Part shown: piece after piece, positions 35,560-48,979 of the stretch
Layout of the letters: every line of letters begins with the position of its first letter
Numbering within the stretch: position 1 is the stretch's first letter
Assembly (NCBI RefSeq): GCF_039654945.1
Contig: NW_027361818.1
Location: forward strand, 9,052,001 to 9,116,000
Reading direction: 5' to 3'
Source: Dendrobates tinctorius
Taxonomy: Eukaryota
Length of the DNA: 64,000 nt
Program-made: the position numbers and the translations under genes
The notes under the pieces: generated by a model
Database searches by the model: none
What the model was told of the DNA's origin: nothing
What the model saw: the letters and a program-made list of their open reading frames with translations, nothing else

Positions 35560-36940
35560 CTCGCTTGTGGCAGGGGTTGGCACTGTAAATAACTTAGTCC
35601 GTAATAGTTATTGTACATCAAACACTTAAGACCAAGTGGGGATACATTTTCGTAAGGCGATAGAACTTTTTCAAGGTGCATCTATCCTTAGTGATGTTTC
35701 AACTAGCAAACTCCACGAGTTTGAGATTTGTGCTGAATGTTCCCGATTGTCATGTTTAGCTCATGGGTTACCCTTTTTCTTTGATATCCCGAAGGTGTCC
35801 CCCCCCCCCCCCCCTACTCATCTCCTGAACCCTTGTCTACATATGCAAGACCACATTCACATGTGGCCTTAAAATTGGTGAGTGATCTAATCTTGTTTCT
35901 CAGGTATTGTACTTTGCAAAGTTTTGCCCACGATCATGGCTTTACACACTACTCAGCTGGAGCGGGATGGTGCATCTTTAGAAATCCTGGTTATTTTAAG
36001 TGTATTGCATGCATTATCCTCTGAGGCTACAGTTCCTTTTAGTCAGGGGGTGACAGGGTTAACTGTAGAGCCAGCTTTTGCCCTCTTAGAGTTGTGCCTC
36101 AGGCAATGGTGGTTGTTAAAAACCATACGTTACTCATAACTGATATCTCCCCTCATACTCACCTGTGGAACAGCCATATACCCCAACTACTAGATCACCT
36201 CACAAATATAGTCTGGGCAAGTCTACTGGTTTCAGGCAACTATTTGTTGACTTCTCCACTGTCCCAACCTTTGACCTGGACTAACCAATTCGGCATTATT
36301 TTTTCCTGTATCAACTCCTGCTCACCTTGATGGCACAGTTTGGCTTCCATCAAATCTAGTTTAGTACAACCAAGTTGCTAGTTGGGGCTGACATAGCCCA
36401 AAATGTTTAGCCAGGTAGTTTGGTGAGCTACAACTTCACTGAAGTATTTTGTTAATGTTTTAAAGGGAAGTGGAGGGATGACAAAATTGTGAAGTGGGAG
36501 GACTTGGCCAGAAGGTATTCTTACAAAGCTACTAGTCTCCCCCTCCCCATAAGTCACATTGTTGCTGTAGATGTGGGAATGCTTAAATGGCCTTTGTATA
36601 TACAATTTGGTTGTGTCCTTAATCCTTACCCTTGTTAGAGCTACTCCTCTATATACACATGCCCATTTTAGGTTCCCAAGTGTTTTCTAGGCATCTTAAA
36701 TGATTTCATCCAGAATTCATAGAAGAATCCCAGTACCAAGAGTGGTCATAATGTGGAAATTGACAGATTATGGTCTGTGGTCACATTAGGTAAATAAAGC
36801 CAAAGTCATTTACAGATTACTTCACATTTTCTTATTTCAGAGGGTCAGGGGCCTCTGGCCCGAGTGTGCTGTAGAGGCATCCTGAGATTAGCTATTGGGG
36901 GTTGTTGCAGTTTGTATCTTATTGCACTACTTTAAGAGGG
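35560..36940 (-). mobile_element. Decayed L1-like LINE fragment
   Basis: Degenerate RT/endonuclease-like translation; no intact ORF. Confidence 0.45.
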
Positions 36941-37087
36941 GTAAACCAACCAGTACATCAGTGGCCATTTAATGACTCATCTGATTCAAACGATGCCTAC
37001 AGGATATCATGATTGTATCAAGCCATCTAGAGACTCTTGCCCAGTCCCTATCAAGTCACTAGAAGACAAGGATTACTCAAATTGTGT

Positions 37088-39696
37088 TTATTGCTGCACA
37101 GATTCTTTGTGGGAAAATCTTGACAGAAGACATTTTCCAGCCACAGTAAGAGCAACGGCAACAACTACTGAAGTGACAGATCCAATGGCCACCAACACCC
37201 ACAGCTGTAGAGGTTCATGGTCTGCAGTCATCCTGGAAGCTTGGAGGGTTCCTGCTCCAGTAACCTGGTTGGACTTGGATCCAGTCACTAGTATGGGACC
37301 CAGGGTGGCTGTGCCATGTTTCTCTACATGAGAACCTGTCAGAAAGATATAAACAAATATTGAGTAATGGCAACAGCTTGTGATAATCAAGATGCCTTGA
37401 ACATTATGGCTCAGTTGGTGGACTACAGGTCTAGCCTGCATAATAATTCGGGTCTTGTAGACTACACATCAAAGTTCACTTGGGCAGAAGGTGTATTCGG
37501 CTTTAAAAACAGATCTATCATGTAGGTTTTTGTCAGTAGTCACAGACCTGAGAATGCTATAGCCAACTGCAAGAAATGTGCCTCACCAACATCCCTCTTC
37601 CCAAGTCCCCTTTGCCTTCCGGAGGAGAATCCCCATTGTGTTCTCTGGCCGGCAACAGTAGCACAGTTCCTGGTGGTGCAGCACTGGCAGATCCCACTAG
37701 ATCCTTCCACAGATGTCCAGCTGAAAAGATATTGGGAGGTTAGCTTGGAGCTATAAGGAGCAGACAAATTATGACAGCTTTACAGGTCACTGTTGGTTTA
37801 GAATTGGATTTGTTAGGGAATTCAAAGATAGTCAATCGGAACAAGCCATTGAATTATCATAGTCAGTCAGATGTATGGTAGGTCTTACCTGCTAGATGCC
37901 TTGCTGTAGGAGCAGGCCTTATTCATGGGATCAGGGGTCTGGTTGATTTCAGCAGCTCTCAGGGTACATGTGATGTAGATCTAAGAATAAAATACCAGAA
38001 ATGGGCAATTTAATTTTAGCAACTAATTTTTGGGGTACAAATAATCCCCATAACATGTTGCTTTGAGTTCAGAGTAACAGCACTCTTTGGTAGTCTTCGT
38101 GCAAGTAGAATGTATGTTCAGGATGAATTAAGTAGAAGTTCTCACCGTAGACATAGCACTGTCAGTGAATCTGAAGGCATCAACCATGAAGCGGAGCTTG
38201 TTGGCTTGAGGTCTTGGTGAAACAAAGACAGAGGAAGAATCTTCTTCCATACTATCCATCATGCATCTGTAGAACACATCAGTTGTAGCTAATGGGCTTC
38301 TTGGAGTCTTGCATAGTACTGATGTTTGTAACTCACCCATTGTTGGAGATTATGTCATAACTAGGTCTAGAGTCCACATCAGGAGTAATGGTGGCCACAC
38401 AACGGTCAACAAACAGGAGCATCGGAACATGGTTCTGGATATCAAGTGAGGCTTCTATGTACAATTTCTCACCAAGCTGAAAGACCAGTACTGAACTGGG
38501 GGCACCGAAGTCCGCTAAGAGAAAATAGTCATTAAACTGATCATAAGACTTGGTTCCATTACCCTAAATGTTGGAAGCTTACCAGTCATAAGCTTCAAGG
38601 AGAATGCCAGCCTCTCCTCTGAGGTCACCGTGGTGCTGAATGGAGTCCATGTTGGCTTGATGGCATTGCTGCTCACATTGCCATGTCTAGACAAGATAGA
38701 CATGCAAAAAAAAATAAGGAATTATAAAAGTCACAACTGAGTGATTCCTTCATTGATAGGATGGTCATATACATTGACCTGGACACAAGAACGTGGCAAT
38801 ATGACCTCCGATGCATTGCAAGATGGCCAACACATTGTACAATGAATTAGATTCCACTACCCCAATTCAAGACTAGTTTTGGATCTTGAAAGTAGTGTTT
38901 AGGCGACTGTTGGGCTTTCAGCATGGTCCAACTCACTCTGCTGTGAGACCAAGACAAATATCAACCTCTCCATGTACATATGGCATTAAACCAAATAATC
39001 TTAGGGCTAACAGTTACTGTGGCATTGGCCATGATCAGCTGCATTTCTTGTAAGGCAGCAGTATTGATGCCTGTAACTTCAACAGTAACATAGTATGGCC
39101 AGTTTTAAAAGGATCTCAGGGTCAAGTTTCTTTGTGAACATTGACTAGTCTGAGGTCCTCAGATGTGTCCTGTAGTTCTAGGGTCTTACCTTGGGTAGAA
39201 GCACTGGACAGGAACCACAGCAGAGTTGGACCTGATGATGGGCACATTCCTGGAAGAGGTTGGGGAGTAGCGTAGGTTGGAGTTGTAGATCAGCCAGTCT
39301 GGAGTCATCTTGAAGAGCATCAATTGGTTAGTTAATTTGCTCACTTTATTCAGATGTAACAGAAGACTGGTTACCTCATGCACACTAGCTCCTCAAGCTT
39401 TCGAGAAGGTCTGGAGAAAACTAATATAACTCTACAGATGTAAAGACCCTGAGGATCGCTAATCTCAGCACTTTATGGAAGAGGTTTGGGAGGGAAATGG
39501 GACAACTCCATACAGGTGCCAAACATTAGTGGTGGGGTCACATTAACTAACAAGAGCAACAGCCTTGCTGTTCTCATAATTCCCATATCTCCACCAGTGG
39601 TCAAAGCTTGGATTAAGTTCCAAAAGGGAGATACTTGTACTGACCACCTTCTCCACACCTGGAGAGGACATATCAATGTGATGAACAAGGTTAAGA

Positions 39697-39727
<31 letters not shown>

Positions 39728-40579
39728 TAGGTAATTATTCTGGAGTTTATGCTTAGTCCAGCTGTGGGGACACTTGGTAATATCCCACAAGCCTAGAAAG
39801 AGCAATAATTAATCATAGTGCATCAAGTTAAGTCAATATTCGCCTTCCAACTTGTATAATCTGCTCTACTCCACCTGCTCAATACCATTACAGCCACAGA
39901 TTAAACTGCATTTAATGTGATGTTCCAAGATTACAGCTTCTTGACAAGTTTTAGTTGCTAGCTAGAGAGCCAGGTTTATCATTGTGGTGCACCAGTTTAG
40001 ACATGGTGATCAAGGAACCAATCAAAAATCCAATCTTCTAAGATGTTCCCAACTATAACACTTAGCAGAAGTAAAGCCAGTCATAGAAGTTGCAATTTGG
40101 TGTCCATGTCTAGCAAGATTGTGTGCAAAGCCAAATTCACTGGTAGAATGGTCATATTGAGTACTCACCTGTAAGAGGTTACCACATTCTTGTAGCCCAT
40201 TGTCAAACACCACAATACTATCTGTACTCTGCTGTACCGGCCTGCAGGAGCCCAGGGTCAGGTCTGAGGGCTTCACCAGCTTACCATTCCCATAGAAGTC
40301 CCTGTTCACCATCACCACCATCCTGTCCTCACCACACTGCACACTGACAGAGGATGGAGCTTGCGTGAGGTCTCGGAGATGTTGGTCTCTGCCGTTATAC
40401 CTGCTGTCCCATCTGGGAGAACCCACTCCAGATACAGGCTGTCCAAGTCCTCTAGAAGCAGGCTGATAATTCCTCCACCAAGCATCTGACTGACGCTGGC
40501 ATCTGACCAAGGAGCTACCAAAGCCTGGTCCACCTAGGAGAACCACTAGCAGACAACTCCACCTGACCCACAACTCCAT
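37088..40579 (-). CDS. zp3: Zona pellucida sperm-binding protein 3 (ZPC/gp41-like), copy B, 468 aa
   Basis: Eight GT-AG exons: 40579-40169, 39308-39190, 38686-38583, 38514-38337, 38266-38146, 37980-37889, 37720-37587, 37335-37088 (1407 nt, in frame); same motifs as copy A. Confidence 0.95.
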
Positions 40580-40617
40580 CCTGACTGCAGTACAAGAAGG
40601 AAATGGAGGGAGCAGAG

Positions 40618-40689
40618 TTTTATACCCTCCTCCTCACACCACCATTAGTCCACCTTATTACCCTCAGCTGACCACCTTCTCCACACGTG
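40618..40689 (-). promoter_or_regulatory. ZP3-B proximal promoter: TATA box plus two E-boxes
   Basis: TATAAAA at 40618-40624 (minus strand), CAGCTG at 40665-40670, CACGTG at 40684-40689. Confidence 0.65.
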
Positions 40690-42004
40690 GGCAGGACACA
40701 GCGATGAGGTGGAGTCATACTGGGATTTGTTCACATCTCTTTGGGTTTGGAGCAGGACTATATTGTCCATGTGTGGCTCTGAACATTGTATCTAATGATT
40801 TCCTCTGATGTTGGATTGTGACCAGTCTTTTACCACGACTGCGACACCAAGTCACAAGTGTTTTGGTAGATTTTCTGTAGCTGCTTGCAACTCACTTGCC
40901 ATGGGCTTCAGTGTAACTTGCTTACGACTGCGGTCTGTATGCGGCACGTCTTCAGTTTCTGGACTTTTTTTAAATTTTTTTAAAGTTAGGATTACATGAC
41001 GTCATGTGAAAAAAAGACATCGGTGCAGCTCGTCTGTGACCTGCTGGTGGGTGACCATCACAGGCTGTGGTTTTATTTTAATATCCAACCAATTAGCCAA
41101 CAAGTTGTGGTTGCGCGCGGCCTTCAGCAAAGATTGTAGCAGCTGAGTCAGGTGTGAATTGTGACCAGCGACAGAAAATCCAACACACTTGGAAACATTT
41201 TCTCCTTTTTGTCGCAGTTACTCCATAATGTAACACCGCAGGAAATGATTAGATGCAAAGTCCCATCATATGTATCCCCGTTCTTATATGTTAGAATCAC
41301 GTTGCATTTTTTTTTTTTTTTTTTTTTTACTGAATTTCCAACTTTTTTTTTTTCTTCATTAAAAGCTGTATAAGAAACAGAAATTAGTAGGCTGCGTTCA
41401 CACTAAGGTCATAGTGCAAGTTGTTTTTTTTTTTATCTGTGGTACATGTAAAAAAAAAAAACTTGTAAATTTTTTTTTCCACAATTTTTCCTCATTGAGA
41501 TCAAAATGGCTTCGCACCAAAAACGCATGTCATCTATTTGATATATATTTCAGGTTTCTGGCCACAGCGTGAGTTTTCCATGTGGAAAAAAGCCTCCAAA
41601 ACGCCGGTGTCCATGCCTATACACATGCAATAACAATCTGATTGCAGCATTTTGTATATTTTCTCCTTTTTTATGCAAACTCTGAGATTATGCGTTAGAA
41701 AACACAACTGTTTTTTTTTATATGCAGTTTTAAAGCCTCCACATCAAGGCCTATAGAGAAAGCCCCACACCAAAAAACGCACAGTGCTACAATATCTATA
41801 GGGGTTAATAACCATCACTGTAAAAAAAAAAAAAAAAAAAAAGTTCAATATTGTTCCTGAAAAGTTGGACAAGGGTCATGCAAATATAATTTGATTTTTA
41901 TCACCTAGCGTCCGATTTACATGCAGTTGCAATGGGATTGTAGCATGAGCTTTTGCATAGCGCAATTCTCTGTCATTTACACATTTTTCCAAGGAAATAT
42001 TCAT

Positions 42005-42550
42005 CAATACATACATACTTCCTTCTCACCCCTCAACGGGTTATCCTTCCTGATTCTCGGGTCTTCTACCACATGCCTGGGAGTTTGAGGATTCTGCGCA
42101 GGATCTTAGTTGTTCCCAGCATTGCGCTTTTCTGGACAGAGCGCTCAGATGTTGCTCCTGGGATCTGTTGTAGCCATTCTTTAGGGGTCACTGCTCCAAG
42201 TGTTCCTATCACCACTGGAATCACTGTTGCCTTCACCTTCCACATCTTCTCCAGTTCTCCTTTGAGGCCCTGGTATTTCTCCAGCTTCTCATATTCCTTC
42301 TTTTTGATGTTGCTGCCACTTGGCACGGCCACATCTATTATCATTGCTGTCTTCTGATCCTTGTCTGCTATGACAATGTCTGGTTGGTTTTCCAACACCT
42401 ACTTATCCGTCTGGATCTTGAAGTCCCACGGGATTTTTGCCCTTCCATTCTCCACCACTTTCACTGGGGTCACCCACCTGGACTTAGAGCGACCTACCCC
42501 ATATGCTGTGCAGATGTTCCTGTATACAATTCCCACTACTTGGTTGTGGC
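42005..42550 (-). mobile_element. R4/Dong-like non-LTR retrotransposon 3' fragment (restriction-like endonuclease)
   Basis: HNQVVGIVY...WDFKIQTD...NQPDIVI.DK...IIDVAVP...KLEKY...PVVIGTLG; short 3' UTR ending in (TATG)n. Confidence 0.8.
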
Positions 42551-43575
42551 AAGAGAACCTGGATCTGATTATATGTATGCTGGGGGCAGATGCTTATAGC
42601 CTGGAAAGGGGGTAATACCAGTGGAGCTTTCCAGGCATTAATATCAGCTCACAGCTTTATACTTAGCCTTTCCTTATTATTAAAATGGGGGATCCCAAAA
42701 AAATGACTTGGGGTCCCCCTAGAATTACTAACCAGCAAAGGCAAAGCAGACAGCTGTGGGCTGATAATCGGCTAGGAAGGGGGCATGGATATTGCACCCC
42801 TCCCAAACTAAAAGCATCAACTATCAGCTGCCCCAGAAAAGGCGCATCCATAAGATGCACTAAATCTGGCATTTAGCCTCGCTCTTTCCACTTACTCTGT
42901 GGTGCTTGCATGTGGGGTGATAGTTGGGGGGGTGATGTCAGCTTTGTATTGGCAGCTGACCTCAAGCCCAGGGGTTAGTAACGGAGAAGCATCTATAATA
43001 GATGCCCTCATTACTAACCCCATAGTTATACAGTAAATAAAAATCACCCTGAATAAAGTCCTTTATTTGAAATAATGACAGACTCCTTTATTGAATCAAA
43101 AATAAAAAGTTATACTCCCCTTTATGCCCAATCCACTGAAGCCCATGTCCCCTGTAAAAAGAAATAAAAAAGCAACGTAATCCTCATCTGTCTCTGACGT
43201 GAAGATAATCCTACGATGCCCATGTCCCCTGTAAAAGAGTCAAAAAAATAGATAACTGTAATCCTCACCTCTCTGACGGGAAGATAGTAATTCATTTTAA
43301 TTCATAGATGACTCTAACTCTGCTACATCTGCTTGGCATGATGCGAGCATTCAGCATGTCAGGAAGCAGAGTCACTGAACTGCGGTAATGGGGAAAAAGG
43401 TGAGAGGAGTTTATATCCAATTAACTATGGTCATCTCAATGACGTCGGCACAAGCGCCTTGGGAAACATATCACAGTGCTATTGCTGACGTTATTGAGGT
43501 GAAAGGCGTTCATTGACTGTGAACTCCAATGACCTTTCTGACTGCACCGCAAGCCTGAGAACTTTCTCACGCTTA

Positions 43576-43771
43576 GGCCAGGGTCACGCTTGCGAGAAAC
43601 TCACACGAGTCTCGCGTCTCAATACCTGGCACTGCCGCCGGCACTCAGAACGGAGTGCTCAGCTGCACAGAAATACATGCAGCTGCACAATCCGGTCCCG
43701 AGTGCCGGCGACAGTGCCTGGTATTGAGACGCGAAACTTGTGCGAGTTTCTCACAAGTGTGACCCCGGCCT
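43576..43771. mobile_element. Palindromic MITE (Harbinger-like)
   Basis: aggccagggtcac...gtgaccccggcct with near-complete internal self-complementarity. Confidence 0.75.
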
Positions 43772-45172
43772 ACGATAATGTCAGTGAGGTGAAAGGAGTT
43801 CATTGGATGTTAACCCCCTCTAACCTTGTTCCTGGGACTGTCCCGATTTGAGAGCTCAATGCCGCTACATTAGGGCTTTGTTCTAATACACAACTCTAAT
43901 GAATTCATTGCTCTGTAGCTCCTCCTCAGGAGGCGTGTCCACATCGCTCTGCTCAGTGAATTAATTTAATTTTATTCACACGTCGTGAGATCAGGTCTCC
44001 CCAGGACTTGAACTCGTATCTCCATGTTCTCAGGCAGCAGCGCTATGTACATTGTATTCAATAGTGTATTTCTGTGTGTGAGGAAAAATCAGATTTTTTT
44101 TGTTTCTATAAAACTACTAAAAATAAAAAAAAGCAATTACAAAAATGTCATTTTCTCTTATCCTGTGAGTCTCCCCAGGTCTCAAACCTACAATGTTCAA
44201 CATTACAGGCAAGAACTAGAGACACTGAGTCACAAGTTCTGGTGATGTCACTGGGAGAATTTTGAATACTTGATCTGTATTGCAGGCTCTTTATCCTGAG
44301 ACATAGCTATACATATGTACATGGCAGTGTATTTTTATGTCTCTGTATTCTAAAGGGAGAATAAAAGATTTTTTTCTTCCTATAAAATCACTAAAAAATA
44401 ATGAAAACCAATTACGTCAGTTTTAATTTTTATTTTTTTAAATAATAAACATCACAAATCAGCATATAACAGAAAAGCTTTGATTCTGCGCTAAAAAAAT
44501 GCAACAGTATTCTTTTTTTGTGTTTTTTGTCAGACTTCACATAGAAGCCTGTGAATAAAAAAAACAGAAAAATAAGTTAAATCGATAAAAAACACTGTTT
44601 AAAACAAGCAACAGGTATACTCCAAAACACAGTTATATACAAAAAACAAAGGAGTACAAAACACCCATATAAAATGTCTCAAATATTTGACTTATAATTC
44701 GTATAAGACACAATAATCAAAAAATAATTAAAAAAGTTTATGCGGACAAAATTATCACAGTGAAGGACACAAGCAAAAAAGATCCTACACTAATACATAT
44801 AAGCTTTAGAAACAAGATCAGTCGCATAATGAAACTAGGGGAAACATCACCAATTGGCGAGCAACCCAGCTAGGAAAACACACCAACTCCAATAAATTAT
44901 AATATACCAGAGAAACAGGAGTACACGGTGGAAACAAAAGAAATAAATAAATATAAATGTTTATTGTACATACAAAAATATATAAAAGGTATAACAAAAT
45001 AGTCATAGTGCACCAAGGAACATGCAGGCAAGCAAAGGGGCACCCGTCTGACAGTATAATCCTATGTTTGTAAGCGCTCCGGTCAAGTGACCCCAAAGAA
45101 GAAATAATAAAGACAATGCAGCTTACCGAGGTGAATAGATGTCAGAAAGAGGGCCCCACAGCCAGATGTCCG

Positions 45173-45218
45173 CCCCCGACGCGCGTTTCGCAAGCACTGA
45201 TGCCGCTTTCTCAAGGGG
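45173..45218 (-). ncRNA. Minimal hammerhead ribozyme of the PLE (left arm)
   Basis: Reverse complement of the 48934-48979 motif. Confidence 0.75.
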
Positions 45219-46066
45219 ATGGTAAGTGGTGAGGAATAGAACCTTAAAGTAGCTCATGTGATGTGTCACATGGGGTGAATCGGCCAATGGGAGCGGTTTG
45301 TAGTGGCGCGTGCGCAGTGTGCGCGCCAGGTCCTCTGCAGGGCCCGGGCGTCATGCCATCACAAGCACAAACGGGATAAAATTATCCCGGTGTGCATGGA
45401 GGCATAGAGACGCCCTGCAGCCAGAAGACACAGGCGCACACCACCGCGGACGCGCACACCCGCCTTGGCTCACCCAAAAGGTCACGAACGAATCATGGTA
45501 ACAAAGTGCAGTTGTAGCCGTAAAGTGCCTAGTGCATATAAGTTTAAATGCATCCCCCAAAGCGATGATATTGAGATCACAATAATAGAAAAGGGGGGAG
45601 AAGCAAAAGATTTTAAACCATAATATAAGGAAAACAACTGCAGATAAATCGAAATAAATAATAATACAGCCCACAAAGGAACTTACTGACAAAAATCACC
45701 CACGAGACAACATAAACATATACATCATAGGTGGATAAATAAGCCAATGACGCGACGCAATATATAAAGTCACAGATTACATAAATTAAGCTGCAGTATA
45801 GATAGAAATCATGTCATAGTGAGTCCATAGTTGCGATCTGATTCCAAATTCCTGCAGCCATTTCGGATATAGAAATCCTAAGTGCGTCACGGCAAAGAAA
45901 AAAAGAAGGTCCTATAATCACACAGAAATAAGAAAAATAGGAAAAAAGGAAAAAATTAAAATCAAAAAATAAAAAACATAATTAAAAACAAGGACAACTG
46001 GCAATAATGGAACCAACAAAAGATGGAAGCCAATCCTAAATCAGGAAACAATTTTCACAGGAGATC

Positions 46067-47045
46067 TCATAGAAAGGGGGCAAAGCTAAGATGTTCATTT
46101 AGGCCCCTAGGGGCCATGGTATCTAATAAAACAATCCAGCGAGTCTCCATCTGGGCCAGAATCTTCTTATTATTACCCCCTCTAATCCCCAGATGAAGAA
46201 TATCAATGCCACGTATTTTGAGAGACGCAGCATCACAATTGTGATGACTTTTAAAGTGGCGAGGGATTGTTTTAAGTTCCGAGGGGTCCAGAATTCCTTT
46301 CGCAGCGCCAATGTCTCGGACGTGTTCACGCACTCTTACGCGAAGTTCTCTTGTAGTCATGCCAACGTATATCCTGGGGCAGCCACAGGTAGCATAATAA
46401 ACAACATTAGTGTTGCCACAGGATATACGCTGGCGGATATCAAAGGTGCGTACGCCATCCGAAGTAGTAAAATTAGTACTCCGTTGGACATTGGCGCATG
46501 CGAGGCAGTGTCCACATGGTACAAAACCTGGAGTAGGGCCACGGGAGCCAAAAACGTTACGAATGGTGGGGACATAGTGACTCTTAACCAATAGATCTCC
46601 CAAATATTTGGAGCGTCGAGACGTCATGGCAGGAAGGTCACCCAAAGTAGACTCAAGAACAGGATCAGCCTTCAAGATATCCCAATGTTTAATAAGGATC
46701 TGACGTATATTTGTCCACTGATGATTAAAGGTGGTAATAAATCGAATGGGACCGTCAGATTCAATATTACGTTTGCCCTTTTTGGAGTGCAATAATGTAT
46801 TACGTGGAGTGCTCCTTGCCCGGTCATACCCATGTCTGATGCACCTACCGCTGTAACCCCGGGCCCGAAAACGTTGTTTAAGGTCAACTGCCTGGGCCTC
46901 AAAAGGAGTATCGGAGGAACAAATGCGCCTCATTCTTAGGAACTGTCCGACCGGGACAGCCCTAATGGTGGCCGGATGGTGTGCAGAATCGGCATGAATC
47001 AAAGAATTAACCGAAGTGGGCTTCCTGAACACATCCGTCCTAATC
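46067..47045 (-). pseudogene. 5'-truncated PLE ORF (RT thumb, CxxCxxC linker, GIY-YIG endonuclease), left arm
   Basis: TDVFRKPT..HADSAHH, CGHCLAC, NVVYYATCGC..IYVGMTTRELRVRVREH, ETRWI..L.T..P.GLN. Confidence 0.9.
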
Positions 47046-48085
47046 ACTACAGTGATACTAAGGTGGACTTCCTGGACATCTCTTTGGAGATTGATCCCCT
47101 ACGTCGGATTAGGACGGATGTGTTCAGGAAGCCCACTTCGGTTAATTCTTTGATTCATGCGGATTCTGCACACCATCCGGCCACCATTAGGGCTGTCCCG
47201 GTCGGACAGTTCCTAAGAATGAGGCGCATTTGTTCCTCCGATACTCTCTTTGAGGCCCAGGCAGTTGACCTTAAACAACGTTTTCGGGCCCGGGGTTACA
47301 GCGGTAGGTGCATCAGACATGGGTATGACCGGGCAAGGAGCACTCCACATAATACATTATTGCACTCCAAAAAGGGCAAACGTAATATTGAATCTGACGG
47401 TCCCATTCGATTTATTACCACCTTTAATCATCAGTGGACAAATATACGTCAGATCCTTATTAAACATTGGGATATCTTGAAGGCTGATCCTGTTCTTGAG
47501 TCTACTTTGGGTGACCTTCCTGCCATGACGTCTCGACGCTCCAAAAATTTGGGAGATCTATTGGTTAAGAGTCACTATGTCCCCACCATTCGTAACGTTT
47601 TTGGCTCCCGTGGCCCTACTCCAGGTTTTGTACCGTGTGGACACTGCCTCGCATGCGCCAATGTCCAACGGAGTACTAATTTTACTACTTCGGATGGCGT
47701 ACGCACCTTTGATATCCGCCAGCGTATATCCTGTGGCAACACAAATGTTGTTTATTATGCTACCTGTGGCTGCCCCAGGATATACGTTGGCATGACTACA
47801 AGAGAACTTCGCGTAAGAGTGCGTGAACACGTCCGAGACATTGGCGCTGCGAAAGGAGTTCTGGACCCCTCGGAACTTAAAACAATCCCTCGCCACTTTA
47901 AAAGTCATCACAATTGTGATGCTGCGTCTCTCAAAATACGTGGCATTGATATTCTTCATCTGGGGATTAGAGGGGGTAATAATAAGAAGATTCTGGCCCA
48001 GATGGAGACTCGCTGGATTGTTTTATTAGATACCATGGCCCCTAGGGGCCTAAATGAACATCTTAGCTTTGCCCCCTTTCTATGA
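47046..48085 (+). pseudogene. 5'-truncated PLE ORF (RT end plus GIY-YIG endonuclease), right arm
   Basis: Same as the left arm plus an extra VDFLDISL RT motif; about 4 aa differences between arms. Confidence 0.9.
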
Positions 48086-48933
48086 GATCTCCTGTGAAAA
48101 TTGTTTCCTGATTTAGGATTGGCTTCCATCTTTTGTTGGTTCCATTATTGCCAGTTGTCCTTGTTTTTAATTATGTTTTTTATTTTTTGATTTTAATTTT
48201 TTCCTTTTTTCCTATTTTTCTTATTTCTGTGTGATTATAGGACCTTCTTTTTTTCTTTGCCGTGACGCACTTAGGATTTCTATATCCGAAATGGCTGCAG
48301 GAATTTGGAATCAGATCGCAACTATGGACTCACTATGACATGATTTCTATCTATACTGCAGCTTAATTTATGTAATCTGTGACTTTATATATTGCGTCGC
48401 GTCATTGGCTTATTTATCCACCTATGATGTATATGTTTATGTTGTCTCGTGGGTGATTTTTGTCAGTAAGTTCCTTTGTGGGCTGTATTATTATTTATTT
48501 CGATTTATCTGCAGTTGTTTTCCTTATATTATGGTTTAAAATCTTTTGCTTCTCCCCCCTTTTCTATTATTGTGATCTCAATATCATCGCTTTGGGGGAT
48601 GCATTTAAACTTATATGCACTAGGCACTTTACGGCTACAACTGCACTTTGTTACCATGATTCGTTCGTGACCTTTTGGGTGAGCCAAGGCGGGTGTGCGC
48701 GTCCGCGGTGGTTTGCGCCTGTGTCTTCTGGCTGCAGGGCGTCTCTATGCCTCCATGCACACCGGGATAATTTTATCCCGTTTGTGCTTGTGATGGCATG
48801 ACGCCCGGGCCCTGCAGAGGACCTGGCGCGCACACTGCGCACGCGCCACTACAAACCGCTCCCATTGGCCGATTCACCCCATGTGACACATCACATGAGC
48901 TACTTTAAGGTCCTATTCCTCACCACTTACCAT

Positions 48934-48979
48934 CCCCTTGAGAAAGCGGCATCAGTGCTTGCGAAACGCGCGTCGGGGG
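48934..48979 (+). ncRNA. Minimal type I hammerhead ribozyme of the PLE (right arm)
   Basis: cccc-UUGAGAA-[stem II]-GAAA-cgcgcg-UC-gggg; predicted GUC cleavage after 48974. Confidence 0.75.

Noticed and set aside
22690-36945. Similar L1-like segments (22690-22950 and 36690-36945) downstream of each ZP3 copy as a possible duplication boundary
   Set aside because: Weak similarity and different distances from the genes; more likely independent old insertions of related elements.
46976-47045. Apparent novel N-terminus of the 369-aa ORF 46976-48085
   Set aside because: It is antisense left-arm sequence read through the inversion junction; an artefact of the palindrome, not a real start.
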